Positions 37,744 through 48,357 of a DNA stretch of 64,000 nucleotides are shown one piece after another. The stretch lies in the IMG/VR virus record IMGVR_UViG_3300032322_001781. One strand, written 5' to 3'. Numbering within the stretch: position 1 is the first letter of the stretch; each line of letters opens with the position of its first letter. The stretch comes from a virus (Duplodnaviria; Heunggongvirae; Uroviricota; Caudoviricetes). The notes beneath the pieces were generated by a model. The model did no database searches and was not told the DNA's origin. It saw only the letters and a list, made by a program, of their open reading frames with translations. The translations under genes were made by a program, and so were the position numbers.

Positions 37744-38646
37744 ATGAGTAATGAAAAAAACAGTTTGCTAGCTATTTTAGAACAATACGAAGCAAACAAC
37801 AAACCTAAGTATGATAAGAAAACAGAAAAGGTTTACGACTTAAAAAACTACTTTAACACTTACATTAAAGAAGGTGTGAAATCAGCAACAAAACAAATCA
37901 GAATTTTGCCTAGTGCAAATGGTGGTTCTCCATTTGTTGAAATGCACGGTCATAAGATTCAAGTTGATGGCGAATGGAAAACATTCCCTTGTTTAAAACA
38001 TGAAAAAGGTGAAGCGTGTCCGTTTTGTGAGGCACGTGAAGCTTTATTGTCTACTGGTAGAGAGTCTGATAAAGAGTTAGCTAAGAAATACGGTGCTAAA
38101 ATGATGTATGTGGTTAAAGTTATTGACAGAGACCATCCAGAAGAGGGTGTTAAATTTTGGAGATTTAACCATGACTATCGTAAAGAAGGTATTTACGATA
38201 AAATAATTGGTGTTCTTAACGCTCTTAAAAAAGATGTTACACATCCAGAAACTGGTCGTGACCTTGTGTTGACAATAAACAGAAACCAAAACAATGTACC
38301 AGTAGTTTCTGCTGTAGCTTCTCTTGACCCAACACCTCTTTCAGAAAACGCTGAAGAAGCAAACGCTTGGCTTTCAGACTCAAGAACTTGGGAAGATGTT
38401 TATTCAGTAAGAAGTTACGAATATTTGGAAATCATCGTAAAAGGCGGTATACCAGTGTGGAGTTCTGAAGAAAAGAAATTTGTTGACAAAGCCTCTTTGA
38501 CCAGCACAACTTCAGAAACAGAAGAATTGGAATCTGAATTGACTTTGGGAGTTGAAAATGTTAAAGCTGGTATTGTGTCAGCTCCGACAGCTTCAGCACC
38601 TATTGAGACTTCAAGTCAAGAAGAGGAAGATGATTTACCATTTTAG
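37744..38646 (+). CDS. Single-stranded DNA-binding protein, T4 gp32-like
   Basis: IRILP, H...C..H....CPFCE zinc site, VKVIDRDHPEEGVKFW, GRDLVL, acidic EEDDLPF tail. Confidence 0.88.
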   Translation: MSNEKNSLLAILEQYEANNKPKYDKKTEKVYDLKNYFNTYIKEGVKSATKQIRILPSANGGSPFVEMHGHKIQVDGEWKTFPCLKHEKGEACPFCEAREALLSTGRESDKELAKKYGAKMMYVVKVIDRDHPEEGVKFWRFNHDYRKEGIYDKIIGVLNALKKDVTHPETGRDLVLTINRNQNNVPVVSAVASLDPTPLSENAEEANAWLSDSRTWEDVYSVRSYEYLEIIVKGGIPVWSSEEKKFVDKASLTSTTSETEELESELTLGVENVKAGIVSAPTASAPIETSSQEEEDDLPF

Positions 38647-38686
38647 AATGGTAAATAATTCTATTTAGAGTTTTATATAAAAAAAA

Positions 38687-38712
38687 TTAGGTGAGAAATC
38701 ACCTTTTTTTTT
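38687..38712 (+). terminator. Intrinsic terminator after SSB
   Basis: AGGTGA-GAAA-TCACCT followed by a long T tract. Confidence 0.75.
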
Positions 38713-38743
38713 CTAGAATAACAAATATAAAAAAAAAAATAAA

Positions 38744-39841
38744 ATGGCTAAAAAACCTAGTAAAAAACCTATTGAAAAAAAAGAGTTTAATTTAGAAGAT
38801 TTTAAAAAAACTGAAGGACTTAATTTTACGGTAAAAGAAAAAGAATTATCATGGATTCCCCTATCAGAAGCGTTCCACGATGCTGTTAAGGTTCCAGGTA
38901 TTCCTGTCGGATATTTCACTAGCTTTAGAGGGTATTCAAATACAGGTAAATCTACTGCGATTTATGAAGGTGTTGCTGGATGTCAAAAATTGGGAACTCT
39001 ACCAATTATTTATGAAACAGAAGGAAACTGGAACTGGACTCATGCAAGAAACATTGGTGTTCAATTTGAAGAATACGTTGATGAGGAAACTGGTGAAGTA
39101 AATTATCGTGGTGATTTTATCTTTTTACAAGGACCAGACCTTTTAAAAATGTATGCTTGTTATGACCATCAGCATAGTAAAATGGGTACAAAACCATTAA
39201 GATATGAACCAGTAGTTGAAGATATATCACTACATATGCATACAATTTTGGATGCACAACAAGAAGAGAGATTACCTAGAGATGTTTGTTTCTTTTGGGA
39301 TTCAGTTGGTTCTATAAACTGTTTCAAAGGAGCGACATCCAAAACAACCAACAACCAATGGACTGCTGGTGCTTTGGCAACATGCTTCAAATCTCTTATT
39401 AATTATAGAATTCCAGCTTCCAGAAGAGAAGACGCTCCATATTCAGCTACGTTTGCTGTTGTACAACAAATATGGTTGGATAACGAAAACAAAGTTATCA
39501 AACACAAAGGCGGTGAAGCATTCTTCTACTCTCCAAGACTTATCTTCCACTTTGGCGGTATTCTTACACATAGCACTGAGAAACTTAAAGCAACATTATC
39601 TGGTGAAGAGTTTCAATTTGGTGTTGAAACAAGGATTAGATGTGAAAAGAACCAAGTTAATGGTATCGAACAAAAAGGCAAAATTGCATCTACTCCACAT
39701 GGATATTGGAACCCAGATAAAATCAATGACTACAAAGAAGAACACAAAGATTTTATCAAAGCACATCTAAACACTGAATACGACAACTTTATCATTGAAA
39801 AAGAGGAAGTTGGTTTGAGCAGAGAAGATATGATGGCTTAA
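38744..39841 (+). CDS. RecA/UvsX-like recombinase
   Basis: Walker A GYSNTGKST, YETE, FFWDSVGS (Walker B), KGGEAFFY, CEKNQV. Confidence 0.85.
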   Translation: MAKKPSKKPIEKKEFNLEDFKKTEGLNFTVKEKELSWIPLSEAFHDAVKVPGIPVGYFTSFRGYSNTGKSTAIYEGVAGCQKLGTLPIIYETEGNWNWTHARNIGVQFEEYVDEETGEVNYRGDFIFLQGPDLLKMYACYDHQHSKMGTKPLRYEPVVEDISLHMHTILDAQQEERLPRDVCFFWDSVGSINCFKGATSKTTNNQWTAGALATCFKSLINYRIPASRREDAPYSATFAVVQQIWLDNENKVIKHKGGEAFFYSPRLIFHFGGILTHSTEKLKATLSGEEFQFGVETRIRCEKNQVNGIEQKGKIASTPHGYWNPDKINDYKEEHKDFIKAHLNTEYDNFIIEKEEVGLSREDMMA

Positions 39842-39871
39842 CCTATTGTTTAACCCTTTAAACGTGAATAC

Positions 39872-40921
39872 GTGAATAAAAGACCACCTCGTAACGGTGA
39901 AAAAATAGCAAAACAACAAAACACACTTTTGGTAGACGGAAATGCCCTATTTAAAGTAGGGTATTTCGGTGCCAAAAACGAATACAACAGTAATGGTGAA
40001 CACATTGGTGGATTGTATTCTTTCTTGACAATATTTCGTAAAATTCTAATTGAAGATTTATATCACAGAGTTTATGTATTCTGGGATGGTAATTTTAGTG
40101 GAAAACTACGTTACGAAATTTACGAACCATACAAGAGTGGCCGTGGTAAAAACTACGTTACAGGTACTCAACCAATCGACATTGATGAATTAAAGCAACG
40201 TAAGATGGTATGGGATTATCTAAGTGAAATGTATGTAAGACAACTTAAACATGAATTCATTGAAAGTGATGACTTTATAGCATACTATTGTCTAAACAAA
40301 AAACAAAACGAAAAGATAACCATCGTATCAACAGACCGTGACTTTTTACAATTGATATCTGATGATATTAGAATTTATTTCTTAGATTTGAAAGAATATG
40401 TTGACATGACTAATTGTTCTTCGTACTTTTGCTTCCACCAAGATAATTCTGTTCTTATGAAAATCATGATTGGTGATAATTCAGATACTATTAAAGGTAT
40501 CAAAGGTTTGGGTGAAGATACGTTGGTTAAACTATTCCCAGAATTGAAAGAAAGAAAAGTAACTTTAAACGAAATAATAGAAAATGCGGAGAAACAACAA
40601 TTAGAACGAATCGAAAACAAAAAGAAACCTCTTAAGATATTGGATAATATCATCAATAAGATTACAGATGGTGTTCAAAAAGAAAAGATTTACGAAATAA
40701 ATGAACGCCTTGTTAATCTAAGCAAACCAATGATGACTGAAGATGGAATAAGAGAATTAAAACATTTAATCGAAGGGACCCTTGACTCATCGGGTAGAGA
40801 ACTTAAAAATGTTTTTAGTATGATGGAAAGAGATGGGTTAGATAAGGCACTAGGTGAATTTAGATATTCTACTTTTTTGGAACCTTATAAAAAACTAATA
40901 AACAGAGAAAATAATTTTTAA
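39872..40921 (+). CDS. 5'-3' exonuclease / flap endonuclease (T4 RNase H or PolI N-terminal-like)
   Basis: LLVDGN, VFWDG, YKSGR, ESDDFIA, STDRDFLQL, GDNSDTIKGIKGLGE. Confidence 0.92.
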   Translation: MNKRPPRNGEKIAKQQNTLLVDGNALFKVGYFGAKNEYNSNGEHIGGLYSFLTIFRKILIEDLYHRVYVFWDGNFSGKLRYEIYEPYKSGRGKNYVTGTQPIDIDELKQRKMVWDYLSEMYVRQLKHEFIESDDFIAYYCLNKKQNEKITIVSTDRDFLQLISDDIRIYFLDLKEYVDMTNCSSYFCFHQDNSVLMKIMIGDNSDTIKGIKGLGEDTLVKLFPELKERKVTLNEIIENAEKQQLERIENKKKPLKILDNIINKITDGVQKEKIYEINERLVNLSKPMMTEDGIRELKHLIEGTLDSSGRELKNVFSMMERDGLDKALGEFRYSTFLEPYKKLINRENNF

Positions 40922-40930
40922 AACAATTTT

Positions 40931-41416
40931 ATGACAACAAACACAACAGAACAAAGAAAAGCCGAAGACCAACGTTTTGAGTTTATCCTTTACATCAACA
41001 ATCATATAATTTGTCAAAGATTTTTTAATATTCGTGATTTTAATGAAGATTCGTTGAATTCATTTGAATTAAAAGAAATGATAGATGAAATAGCTGGTGT
41101 TAATAACGGTGATTTTGGCTCTTTAGGGATTATTCCTAATTATTTAAAACAAAAATCAGTTAATTATTTGTGGGAAAATTACAACCCATATTTTGTAAGA
41201 ACTGATGAGTCTTATAAAGCACCAACAAAAAAGGGTGATATTTTTAAATTTGAAATAAAAGTAGATAAAAGACCTGTTATTTCTACTGAATTTATTAATG
41301 ATTATTTTACGCTTAACCCAAAAGTTAGTGTAGATATTAGGGAAGTTATCCCATCTATTCTTTCTGAGATTCGTCAAAAAATGAGTCAAAAAAAATATAA
41401 TAAAGTTGTTGCTTAA
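40931..41416 (+). CDS. Hypothetical protein
   Basis: 161-aa ORF within the replication cluster. Confidence 0.65.
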   Translation: MTTNTTEQRKAEDQRFEFILYINNHIICQRFFNIRDFNEDSLNSFELKEMIDEIAGVNNGDFGSLGIIPNYLKQKSVNYLWENYNPYFVRTDESYKAPTKKGDIFKFEIKVDKRPVISTEFINDYFTLNPKVSVDIREVIPSILSEIRQKMSQKKYNKVVA

Positions 41417-41464
41417 GTGACAACTTTAGTATATTTATACATAACATAGTTTTTAAATTTAAAA

Positions 41465-42874
41465 ATGGCAAAAATAGATAAAGATAATTTAAGTTATTTA
41501 GGGATTGATTATGAGTTTAGACTCATGTCTCAACTACTAATAGATAATAAATTTGCCAAATCAATTATTGATATAGTAGATGCCAATTACTTTAGTGACC
41601 CTTATCTTAGAGTTATAGCAGCTGCTATAAAAGAAGCTAAGGAAAAAGATGATATTATACCTGATTTAAGTAGTCTTAAAATAAGATTATTATCTGATGT
41701 AACAGAAGATACACAAAGAAAGTATATTTTGACACAGCTTAGTAAGGTTCATGAAGCTAGTTCTTATGACGCTCTTAAAATACAAGACATCGCTATGAAG
41801 TTTTGTAAACAACAAGAGTTGAAGAAATCCATCAAACAGATTCAAAAAATAATTGATTTGGGTGATATTGAAAATTATGAACAATGCGAATCAATTTTAA
41901 GAAAAGCGTTGGAACATGGTGACAACAAGGATGATGGTATGGATGTCTTCGATAACATAAAAGAGGTGTTGGTTGATGACTTTAGAAAACCAATAAGAAC
42001 TGGAATAAAAGGTTTGGATGAAGTAATGGACGGTGGTTTATCTAAAGGTGAATTGGCTGTTATATTGGCTCCTTTTGGTGTTGGAAAAACGACCCTTATT
42101 ACCAAAATCGCTAACACAGCTATGAACGATGGTAACAAAGTTTTACAAATCTTCTTCGAAGACAACCCAAAGGTAATTCAAAGAAAACACATTTCTTGTT
42201 GGACTGGTGTTGACTTGAATAGCTTATCATTACACAAAGATGAAATAATGTCATTGTGTGAACAAAAGCAAAAGGAGTCAAAAGGTGGAAAAGGTATTCT
42301 AAAACTTAAAAAGTTTTCTAGTGATGGAACAACCATACCACTAATAAGACAATACATCAGAAAGAAAATAGCAGAAGGCTTTAGACCAGATATCGTTTTA
42401 TTGGACTATATTGACTGCGTTCAACCATCAAGAAAATACGATGATGCGAATGTTGGTGAAGGTAGTGTTATGAGACAATTTGAAGCTATGTTAGCAGAGT
42501 TAGATATTGCTGGTTGGACAGCGGTGCAAGGAAACAGGAGTTCAATTAAAGCAAACGTAGTAGAAGCAGACCAAATGGGTGGTTCAATTAAAAAAGGTCA
42601 AATAGGCCACTTTATCGTGTCTATTGCGAAAACACTTGACCAAAAAGAAAATGGAACCGCAACAATGGCGATACTTAAGTCACGTTTTGGAAAGGATGGA
42701 ATTATCTTTGAAGACATAACATTTGACAATGCTAGAATTCAAATAGATATGGGTCAAAGCAAAGGAGGTAGAACCAAAACAGAATATAGAAAAGATGTTG
42801 AACTTAGCGAACAAGCTAGAGTTAACGAAGTTCTAGCTAGTACTAGAAGAAAAGAGATTATAAGCGAAGAATAA
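41465..42874 (+). CDS. Replicative DnaB/gp41-like helicase
   Basis: TGIKGLDEVMDGGLSKGEL, APFGVGKTT, LLDYID, WTAVQGNR, KSRFG. Confidence 0.92.
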   Translation: MAKIDKDNLSYLGIDYEFRLMSQLLIDNKFAKSIIDIVDANYFSDPYLRVIAAAIKEAKEKDDIIPDLSSLKIRLLSDVTEDTQRKYILTQLSKVHEASSYDALKIQDIAMKFCKQQELKKSIKQIQKIIDLGDIENYEQCESILRKALEHGDNKDDGMDVFDNIKEVLVDDFRKPIRTGIKGLDEVMDGGLSKGELAVILAPFGVGKTTLITKIANTAMNDGNKVLQIFFEDNPKVIQRKHISCWTGVDLNSLSLHKDEIMSLCEQKQKESKGGKGILKLKKFSSDGTTIPLIRQYIRKKIAEGFRPDIVLLDYIDCVQPSRKYDDANVGEGSVMRQFEAMLAELDIAGWTAVQGNRSSIKANVVEADQMGGSIKKGQIGHFIVSIAKTLDQKENGTATMAILKSRFGKDGIIFEDITFDNARIQIDMGQSKGGRTKTEYRKDVELSEQARVNEVLASTRRKEIISEE

Positions 42875-42879
42875 TAAAA

Positions 42880-43833
42880 ATGTATTTAAAAGATAAAACA
42901 CTTAAAAAAAGATATTCCATTTTCCCAATCATACATAATGATTTGTGGCAAATGTATAAAAAAGCAGAATCCCAAACTTGGGTTGCTGAGGAAACAGACT
43001 TAAGCAAAGATAAGTTTGATGAATTAAAAGAAAATGAAAAAACCTACCTTAAAAACATATTAGCTTTTTTTGCAATATCTGATGGTTTGGTTATAGATAA
43101 TTTAGCAACCAACTTTCTAAATGAGGTTGAGATATTGGAGGCTCAATATTTTTATGGTCACCAAACATTTATTGAACAAGTTCATGCTAATGGTTATTCG
43201 TTGTTGATTGAAACATTCATAAAAAATCTACATGAAAGGGAAGAGTTATTCAACTCAATGGAAAGCAATCCAGCTGTGGCTAAAAAAGCATCTTGGGCTG
43301 AAAATTGGATAAATCATCCATCTTTTGCACATAGGCTAGTTGCTTTTGCATGTGTAGAAGGAATCGCATTTTCTAGCGTTTTTTCTGGTGTTTTTTGGTT
43401 TAGAAGTAGAAATAAAATGCCAGGTTTAGCGGCAATGAATGAATTAATTCTGAGAGACGAAACATTTCATTATGAATTTGCTATAAATTTATATAATAAT
43501 TATCTTAAAGAAGATTATAAATTGTCAACAGATGAATTGAAAAAAATTATTCTAGGTTGTTATGAAATAGAAAAAGATTTTGTTGAACAAAGCATACCAG
43601 ACGGTCTTCAAGGAATCACAAAACAAGATATGGTCAAATACGTTCAATATGTTACTGATATAGTATTAAATGATTTTGGTTGCCAGAGAGAATTTATGGT
43701 TAGTAATCCACTAGAATACATGTCTAGAATAGGCTTGTCGTCTAAAAATAACTTCTTTGAAAAACGAGAAGGTGAATATACAAGAGTAGATATACCAACA
43801 ACTATTGAAGGTATGTTTGATGAAGAATTTTAA
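42880..43833 (+). CDS. nrdB: Ribonucleotide reductase class Ia beta subunit
   Basis: FFAISDG, EQVHANGY (radical Tyr), VEGIAFSSVF, RDETFH, NFFEKR. Confidence 0.95.
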   Translation: MYLKDKTLKKRYSIFPIIHNDLWQMYKKAESQTWVAEETDLSKDKFDELKENEKTYLKNILAFFAISDGLVIDNLATNFLNEVEILEAQYFYGHQTFIEQVHANGYSLLIETFIKNLHEREELFNSMESNPAVAKKASWAENWINHPSFAHRLVAFACVEGIAFSSVFSGVFWFRSRNKMPGLAAMNELILRDETFHYEFAINLYNNYLKEDYKLSTDELKKIILGCYEIEKDFVEQSIPDGLQGITKQDMVKYVQYVTDIVLNDFGCQREFMVSNPLEYMSRIGLSSKNNFFEKREGEYTRVDIPTTIEGMFDEEF

Positions 43834-43838
43834 TTAAA

Positions 43839-45998
43839 ATGGGAATGAGAATACTTAAACGTGATAAAACATCACAGGCTTTTATGCCAAATAAAATCCT
43901 AAATAGGATTAAAACTCAATCAACTGGTTTAAAAGTTGATGCTGACTCTTTATTTCTGGAAGTGATTCCACTTATAAGTGATAATATAACAACAACAGAA
44001 ATTGATGAAATAATTGCATTTAAAGCGGCTGATAAAATAATTCAACACCCTGATTATTCTTTATTAGGGGGTAGAATACTTTTAAGTAGACAGTCAAAAT
44101 TAATAGGTAAAGAATTACAACCAGTTGATTTAACCTATGATTTTTTTGCGGCAACTACATTCTTATCAAAATACTCAATGAGAGATGACAACAAAGCACC
44201 TATTGAATTACCATCATGTATGTATGAGCGTGTTGCTAATCATTTACATGACGATGATGACAATGCTAATAAAGAGCTATTAAAAGAGTTAACAACAAAA
44301 AGAGCCAATTTCGCAACCCCAACTTATACAAATGCTGGGGTTGACAAAAGAAATGGTATGATTAGTTGTAATTTAACACATTTGGAGGAAGATTCTTTTG
44401 AAGGTATTGAAGCCACGTTAACAAAAATAGCATCCGCATCAAAAGAAGGTTCTGGTATTGGGTTACTTATAGACCCGCTTAGAAGCAAAGAAAGTTTAGT
44501 CCACTCATTCCAAGGTAATGCTGGTGGTGTTGTTAGACTTGCTGATATGGTTCAATCAAAAATGAGGTTTTATAAACAAGGTAGTCGTTCTGGAAGCTGT
44601 GCTCTTTACCTATCAGTTTGGCATAAAGACATATTTGATTTTTTAGACCTGACTCTACCAATTGGTGACGAACAATTAAGAACTCGTGATTTATTTACAG
44701 CTGTTGTCATAAATGATTTATTTATGAAAAAGCTTGAAAAAAATGAAGATTGGTATTTGTTCTGTCCTAATGATATTAAAAAAGCTGGTTTAACTCCATT
44801 ACATCTTCTTTGGGGTGCTGAATTTGAAGCAGAATATGAAAAAGCGGTTGAACTTGGGATTGGTAAAAAAGTTAGCCCAAAAGAAATATTTGATGCTATA
44901 ATCAAAGCTCAAGTTGAAAGTGGAAGACCATATGTTATGTTTAAAGATAACGCAAACAAAAGGAATATGCAATCTAATATTGGTCCTATTTGCCAATCAA
45001 ATTTGTGCATTGAAGTATTTCAAGCTTCAAAACCAAGATATACCCCACAATGCACATTGGCTTCTATTAATTTAGCTGAACACAATGGATTAAAATCAAT
45101 TGACAAGACTACTAGAGTTTTAGTTAGAGGTTTAAATAAAGTTATTGATAAAAATAAATGGAGTGACGATTGGAGTCAATCAGCTGGTTTAGACCAAAGA
45201 GCTTTAGCAATCGGTGTTGCTGGTTTAGCAGATTTTTTTGCAAAAAAGAAAATATCTTTTGAGAGCGAAGAAGCTAAAAAATGGAACAACGATATTTTTG
45301 AAACAATGTACAAAGCAGCTGTTGAAGAATCAATGAATATTGCCGAAGAAAAAGGACAAAATTATCCTTCATGGGAAGGAAGTTTATACTCTGTTGGTGA
45401 GACATATATTGAAGGTTGGTCACCAAAACCAGACGGAGAACCAATTCCTATGTATAATAGCCTTCTTTTAGGTCTTATGCCAACAGCTTCTTCAGCAATT
45501 TTACTAGGGTCTTTTGAATCATTTGAACCAGTTACTGCTAATTTATTTACTAGACGTGTAGGTCAAGGAGAATTTTTAATTGTGAACAAATACTTGGTAA
45601 ATGAATTGATTGAAAATGAATTATGGGATTCAGAAATGATTGATAAAGTTATTAAAAACAAAGGTAGTATCCAAAATATTGTTGAAATACCAGAAGATAT
45701 AAGATTTAGATATAAAGATGTTTGGGAGATACCACAAAGAGTTTTATTAGATTTAGCAATAATTAGAAACAAATATGTTGACCAATCACAATCTTTGAAT
45801 GTGTATCACGTTGATGCCAAATATGGTAAAATAGCTAGTGCGCTTATGTATGCTTGGAAGGGTGGGTTAAAAACTGGTGTTTACTATACAAGAACAAAAT
45901 CTAAACTAGAGGCCAATTCTAAATTAGCAACCCAACAAATAAACGTTATAAAAAAACCAAAAGATAGTCAGTTTGAATGTTTTGGCTGTTCAGCTTAG
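43839..45998 (+). CDS. nrdA: Ribonucleotide reductase class Ia alpha subunit
   Basis: ATP-cone-like N-terminus, ATPT, ISC, SNLCIE, CTLASINL, MPTASS, DQSQSLN, GLKTGVYY, C-terminal CFGCSA. Confidence 0.95.
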   Translation: MGMRILKRDKTSQAFMPNKILNRIKTQSTGLKVDADSLFLEVIPLISDNITTTEIDEIIAFKAADKIIQHPDYSLLGGRILLSRQSKLIGKELQPVDLTYDFFAATTFLSKYSMRDDNKAPIELPSCMYERVANHLHDDDDNANKELLKELTTKRANFATPTYTNAGVDKRNGMISCNLTHLEEDSFEGIEATLTKIASASKEGSGIGLLIDPLRSKESLVHSFQGNAGGVVRLADMVQSKMRFYKQGSRSGSCALYLSVWHKDIFDFLDLTLPIGDEQLRTRDLFTAVVINDLFMKKLEKNEDWYLFCPNDIKKAGLTPLHLLWGAEFEAEYEKAVELGIGKKVSPKEIFDAIIKAQVESGRPYVMFKDNANKRNMQSNIGPICQSNLCIEVFQASKPRYTPQCTLASINLAEHNGLKSIDKTTRVLVRGLNKVIDKNKWSDDWSQSAGLDQRALAIGVAGLADFFAKKKISFESEEAKKWNNDIFETMYKAAVEESMNIAEEKGQNYPSWEGSLYSVGETYIEGWSPKPDGEPIPMYNSLLLGLMPTASSAILLGSFESFEPVTANLFTRRVGQGEFLIVNKYLVNELIENELWDSEMIDKVIKNKGSIQNIVEIPEDIRFRYKDVWEIPQRVLLDLAIIRNKYVDQSQSLNVYHVDAKYGKIASALMYAWKGGLKTGVYYTRTKSKLEANSKLATQQINVIKKPKDSQFECFGCSA

Positions 45999-46017
45999 AT
46001 AAAAAACGCTAAAAATT

Positions 46018-46047
46018 AAAAAGGGCCCCAAAAAGGCCCTTTTTTTA
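46018..46047 (+). terminator. Intrinsic terminator after nrdA
   Basis: AAAAAGGGCC-CCAAAAA-GGCCCTTTTTTT. Confidence 0.8.
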
Positions 46048-46103
46048 TTTATATATTTACTTACAAAATTTTTTAATTACCATATTTATGTAAAAATATA
46101 AGT

Positions 46104-46490
46104 ATGGCTGAAATAAAATATATCAATATAAATTATCCCTTTAAAAATAGTCCAAAAGGTTTTTTCTTGGATTTAACTAGTGATGAGAATACGGCAATAA
46201 AAGCTGATTTGATGCATTTAATATTAACTAGGAAAGGTCAAAGACTTTATAATCCAGATTTTGGCACTGATTTACTTAGATATATTTTCGAACCAGAAGA
46301 TGGTTTAACGTTATCAAAAATAAAAGAAGAAATTGATACAGCTGTGAACAAATATTTACCAAATCTAAAGGTAAATGAAATAACAGTTGAACCATCAGAA
46401 TTGAATGACCACGCAGCTGTGGTTAGGTTTGACTACACAATAACAGATGATGTTTTCACCACAACTGACTTTGTAATAATAAATATATAA
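46104..46490 (+). CDS. Baseplate wedge / sheath initiator, gp25-like
   Basis: LILTRKGQRLYNPDFGTDL..YIFEP. Confidence 0.9.
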   Translation: MAEIKYININYPFKNSPKGFFLDLTSDENTAIKADLMHLILTRKGQRLYNPDFGTDLLRYIFEPEDGLTLSKIKEEIDTAVNKYLPNLKVNEITVEPSELNDHAAVVRFDYTITDDVFTTTDFVIINI

Positions 46491-46491
46491 T

Positions 46492-48309
46492 ATGGCACAA
46501 GGAATTAACTACACTTCACGTAACTTTGCGGATATAAGAACTGACCTAGTAAATATGGTTAGGCAATATTACCCAGATATTTTTAACGATTTTAACGATG
46601 CATCTGTTGGTATGATGTTATTGGAACTAAATGCAGCCGTTGGGGATATGCTATCCTATAATACAGATAGGATGTTTCAAGAAACTCAAATTGATTATGC
46701 ACAACAAAGACAATCAATACTATCTTTGGCTAGGACATTTGGTTTAAAAATTCCAGGAAAACGTCCAAGTGTAACAATAGTTGATTTTTCAGTTACCGTT
46801 CCACCATTTGGTGATACGTTCGATGTATCATATGCACCAGTTATAAGAGCTGGTGCTCAAGTTAGTGGTGCTGGTAAAGTATTTGAAACACAATATGATA
46901 TAGATTTTTCAAACCCATTTACTATAGGTGGTATACCAAATAGGCTAATAATCCCAAATTTTAATTCAAATGGTGTTTTAACAACATACACAATTACAAA
47001 GAGGGAAATGGTTATAAATGGCTTTACAAAAATATTTACTAGAACAATATCAGCAAATGACGTAAGACCTTTTTTCCAAATCATATTACCAGAAAACAAT
47101 GTTTTATCAATCGATTCAATAATAGCATTACAAGGTACAAATTATATACAAGACCCTTCTTTAGACCAATTTTTGGATATTGAAAAAAGATGGTTTGAAA
47201 TGGATGCATTGGCTGAAAGTGAAATTTTCCTAGAAGATAACTTAGTAGCTAGCGATAATGCTGGTATTAGACCTGGAAAATGGATAACTGTAACCAAAAA
47301 ATTTATTCGTGAATATACCGACTTAGGATTCACCAAAATAACGTTTGGTGGTGGTAGCCAAGATGTTAGTAGTTTATGTGATTTTGATGTAAATCCAGCT
47401 TTGGTTAACCAGATTGGAGACTTTATAAATAATACAGCTCTGGGAGAAACCCCAACCGCAAATACAACAATGTTTGTAAAGTATAGAGTGGGTGGCGGAG
47501 GAGATACAAATTTAGGTCCAAATGTATTAACTAGTATTGGTTTGGTAAATATGACGGTAAATGGTTCAAATCAAACAATAAATAATTCTGTCAGAGCTTC
47601 ACTTAGAGTAAATAATCCTTTGCCAGCATTGGGCGGAAAAGACGCTCCTAGTGTTGAAGAAATTAGAAATTTTGTTAAATATAATTTTTCAGCACAAAAT
47701 AGAGCCGTAACTATCAAGGATTATCAAAGTAGAATTTCTTTAATGCCTGGTCAATTTGGGGTTCCATTTAGATGTGGTGTATTTGAAGAACAGAATAAAA
47801 TTAAAGTTTATATATTAGGATTAGATTCAAATAGTAAACTTACAAATTCATCAACTTCAACACTTAGGAACAACATTGCAACTTATTTGGCTGATTATAG
47901 AATGTTAAACGATTATGTTCAAATTTCTAATGGTAAAATTATAAATTTAGCTTTAGAAATTGATTTATTTGTTGACAAAAAAGCACCACAATCACAAATA
48001 ATTTCTCAAGTAATATCGAGCGTTCAAAGTTTTATGGATATAAATAAATTTCAAATGGGTGACAACATATATTTGTCACCTTTGATTGAAAATATAAATA
48101 ACGTTGGTGGTGTGTTAAATGTAATCGATTTAAGAATCTTCAATAAAGTTGGTAATGGATATAGTGTTAATGAAATATCACAACCATACATTGACCCAGC
48201 TACAAGACAAATAGATATAGCAACTGACTATACTTTATTTGGAGACCCAATTACAATGTTTGAGATAAAATTTCCAGCGCAAGATATTAAAGTTAGAGTT
48301 AAATCATAA
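46492..48309 (+). CDS. Baseplate wedge protein, gp6/J-like
   Basis: YTSRNFADIR, DFNDASVGMMLLE, FGGG, YRVGGG, GGKDAPSVEEIR, QNRAVTIKDY. Confidence 0.9.
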   Translation: MAQGINYTSRNFADIRTDLVNMVRQYYPDIFNDFNDASVGMMLLELNAAVGDMLSYNTDRMFQETQIDYAQQRQSILSLARTFGLKIPGKRPSVTIVDFSVTVPPFGDTFDVSYAPVIRAGAQVSGAGKVFETQYDIDFSNPFTIGGIPNRLIIPNFNSNGVLTTYTITKREMVINGFTKIFTRTISANDVRPFFQIILPENNVLSIDSIIALQGTNYIQDPSLDQFLDIEKRWFEMDALAESEIFLEDNLVASDNAGIRPGKWITVTKKFIREYTDLGFTKITFGGGSQDVSSLCDFDVNPALVNQIGDFINNTALGETPTANTTMFVKYRVGGGGDTNLGPNVLTSIGLVNMTVNGSNQTINNSVRASLRVNNPLPALGGKDAPSVEEIRNFVKYNFSAQNRAVTIKDYQSRISLMPGQFGVPFRCGVFEEQNKIKVYILGLDSNSKLTNSSTSTLRNNIATYLADYRMLNDYVQISNGKIINLALEIDLFVDKKAPQSQIISQVISSVQSFMDINKFQMGDNIYLSPLIENINNVGGVLNVIDLRIFNKVGNGYSVNEISQPYIDPATRQIDIATDYTLFGDPITMFEIKFPAQDIKVRVKS

Positions 48310-48357
48310 GGTTTCCTTACTTAAACTTTTTTGTATATTTAAATAAAAAAAATTAAT

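Noticed and set aside
33-45998. Inteins, introns or homing endonucleases in polymerase, helicases, recA or RNR
   Set aside because: Motif spacing is continuous and I saw no splice-junction, LAGLIDADG, HNH or GIY-YIG signatures.
11905-48309. Bacterial contractile injection system or tailocin locus
   Set aside because: Interleaved with polymerase, gp32, UvsX, helicase, RNR and neck genes, which indicates a phage genome.
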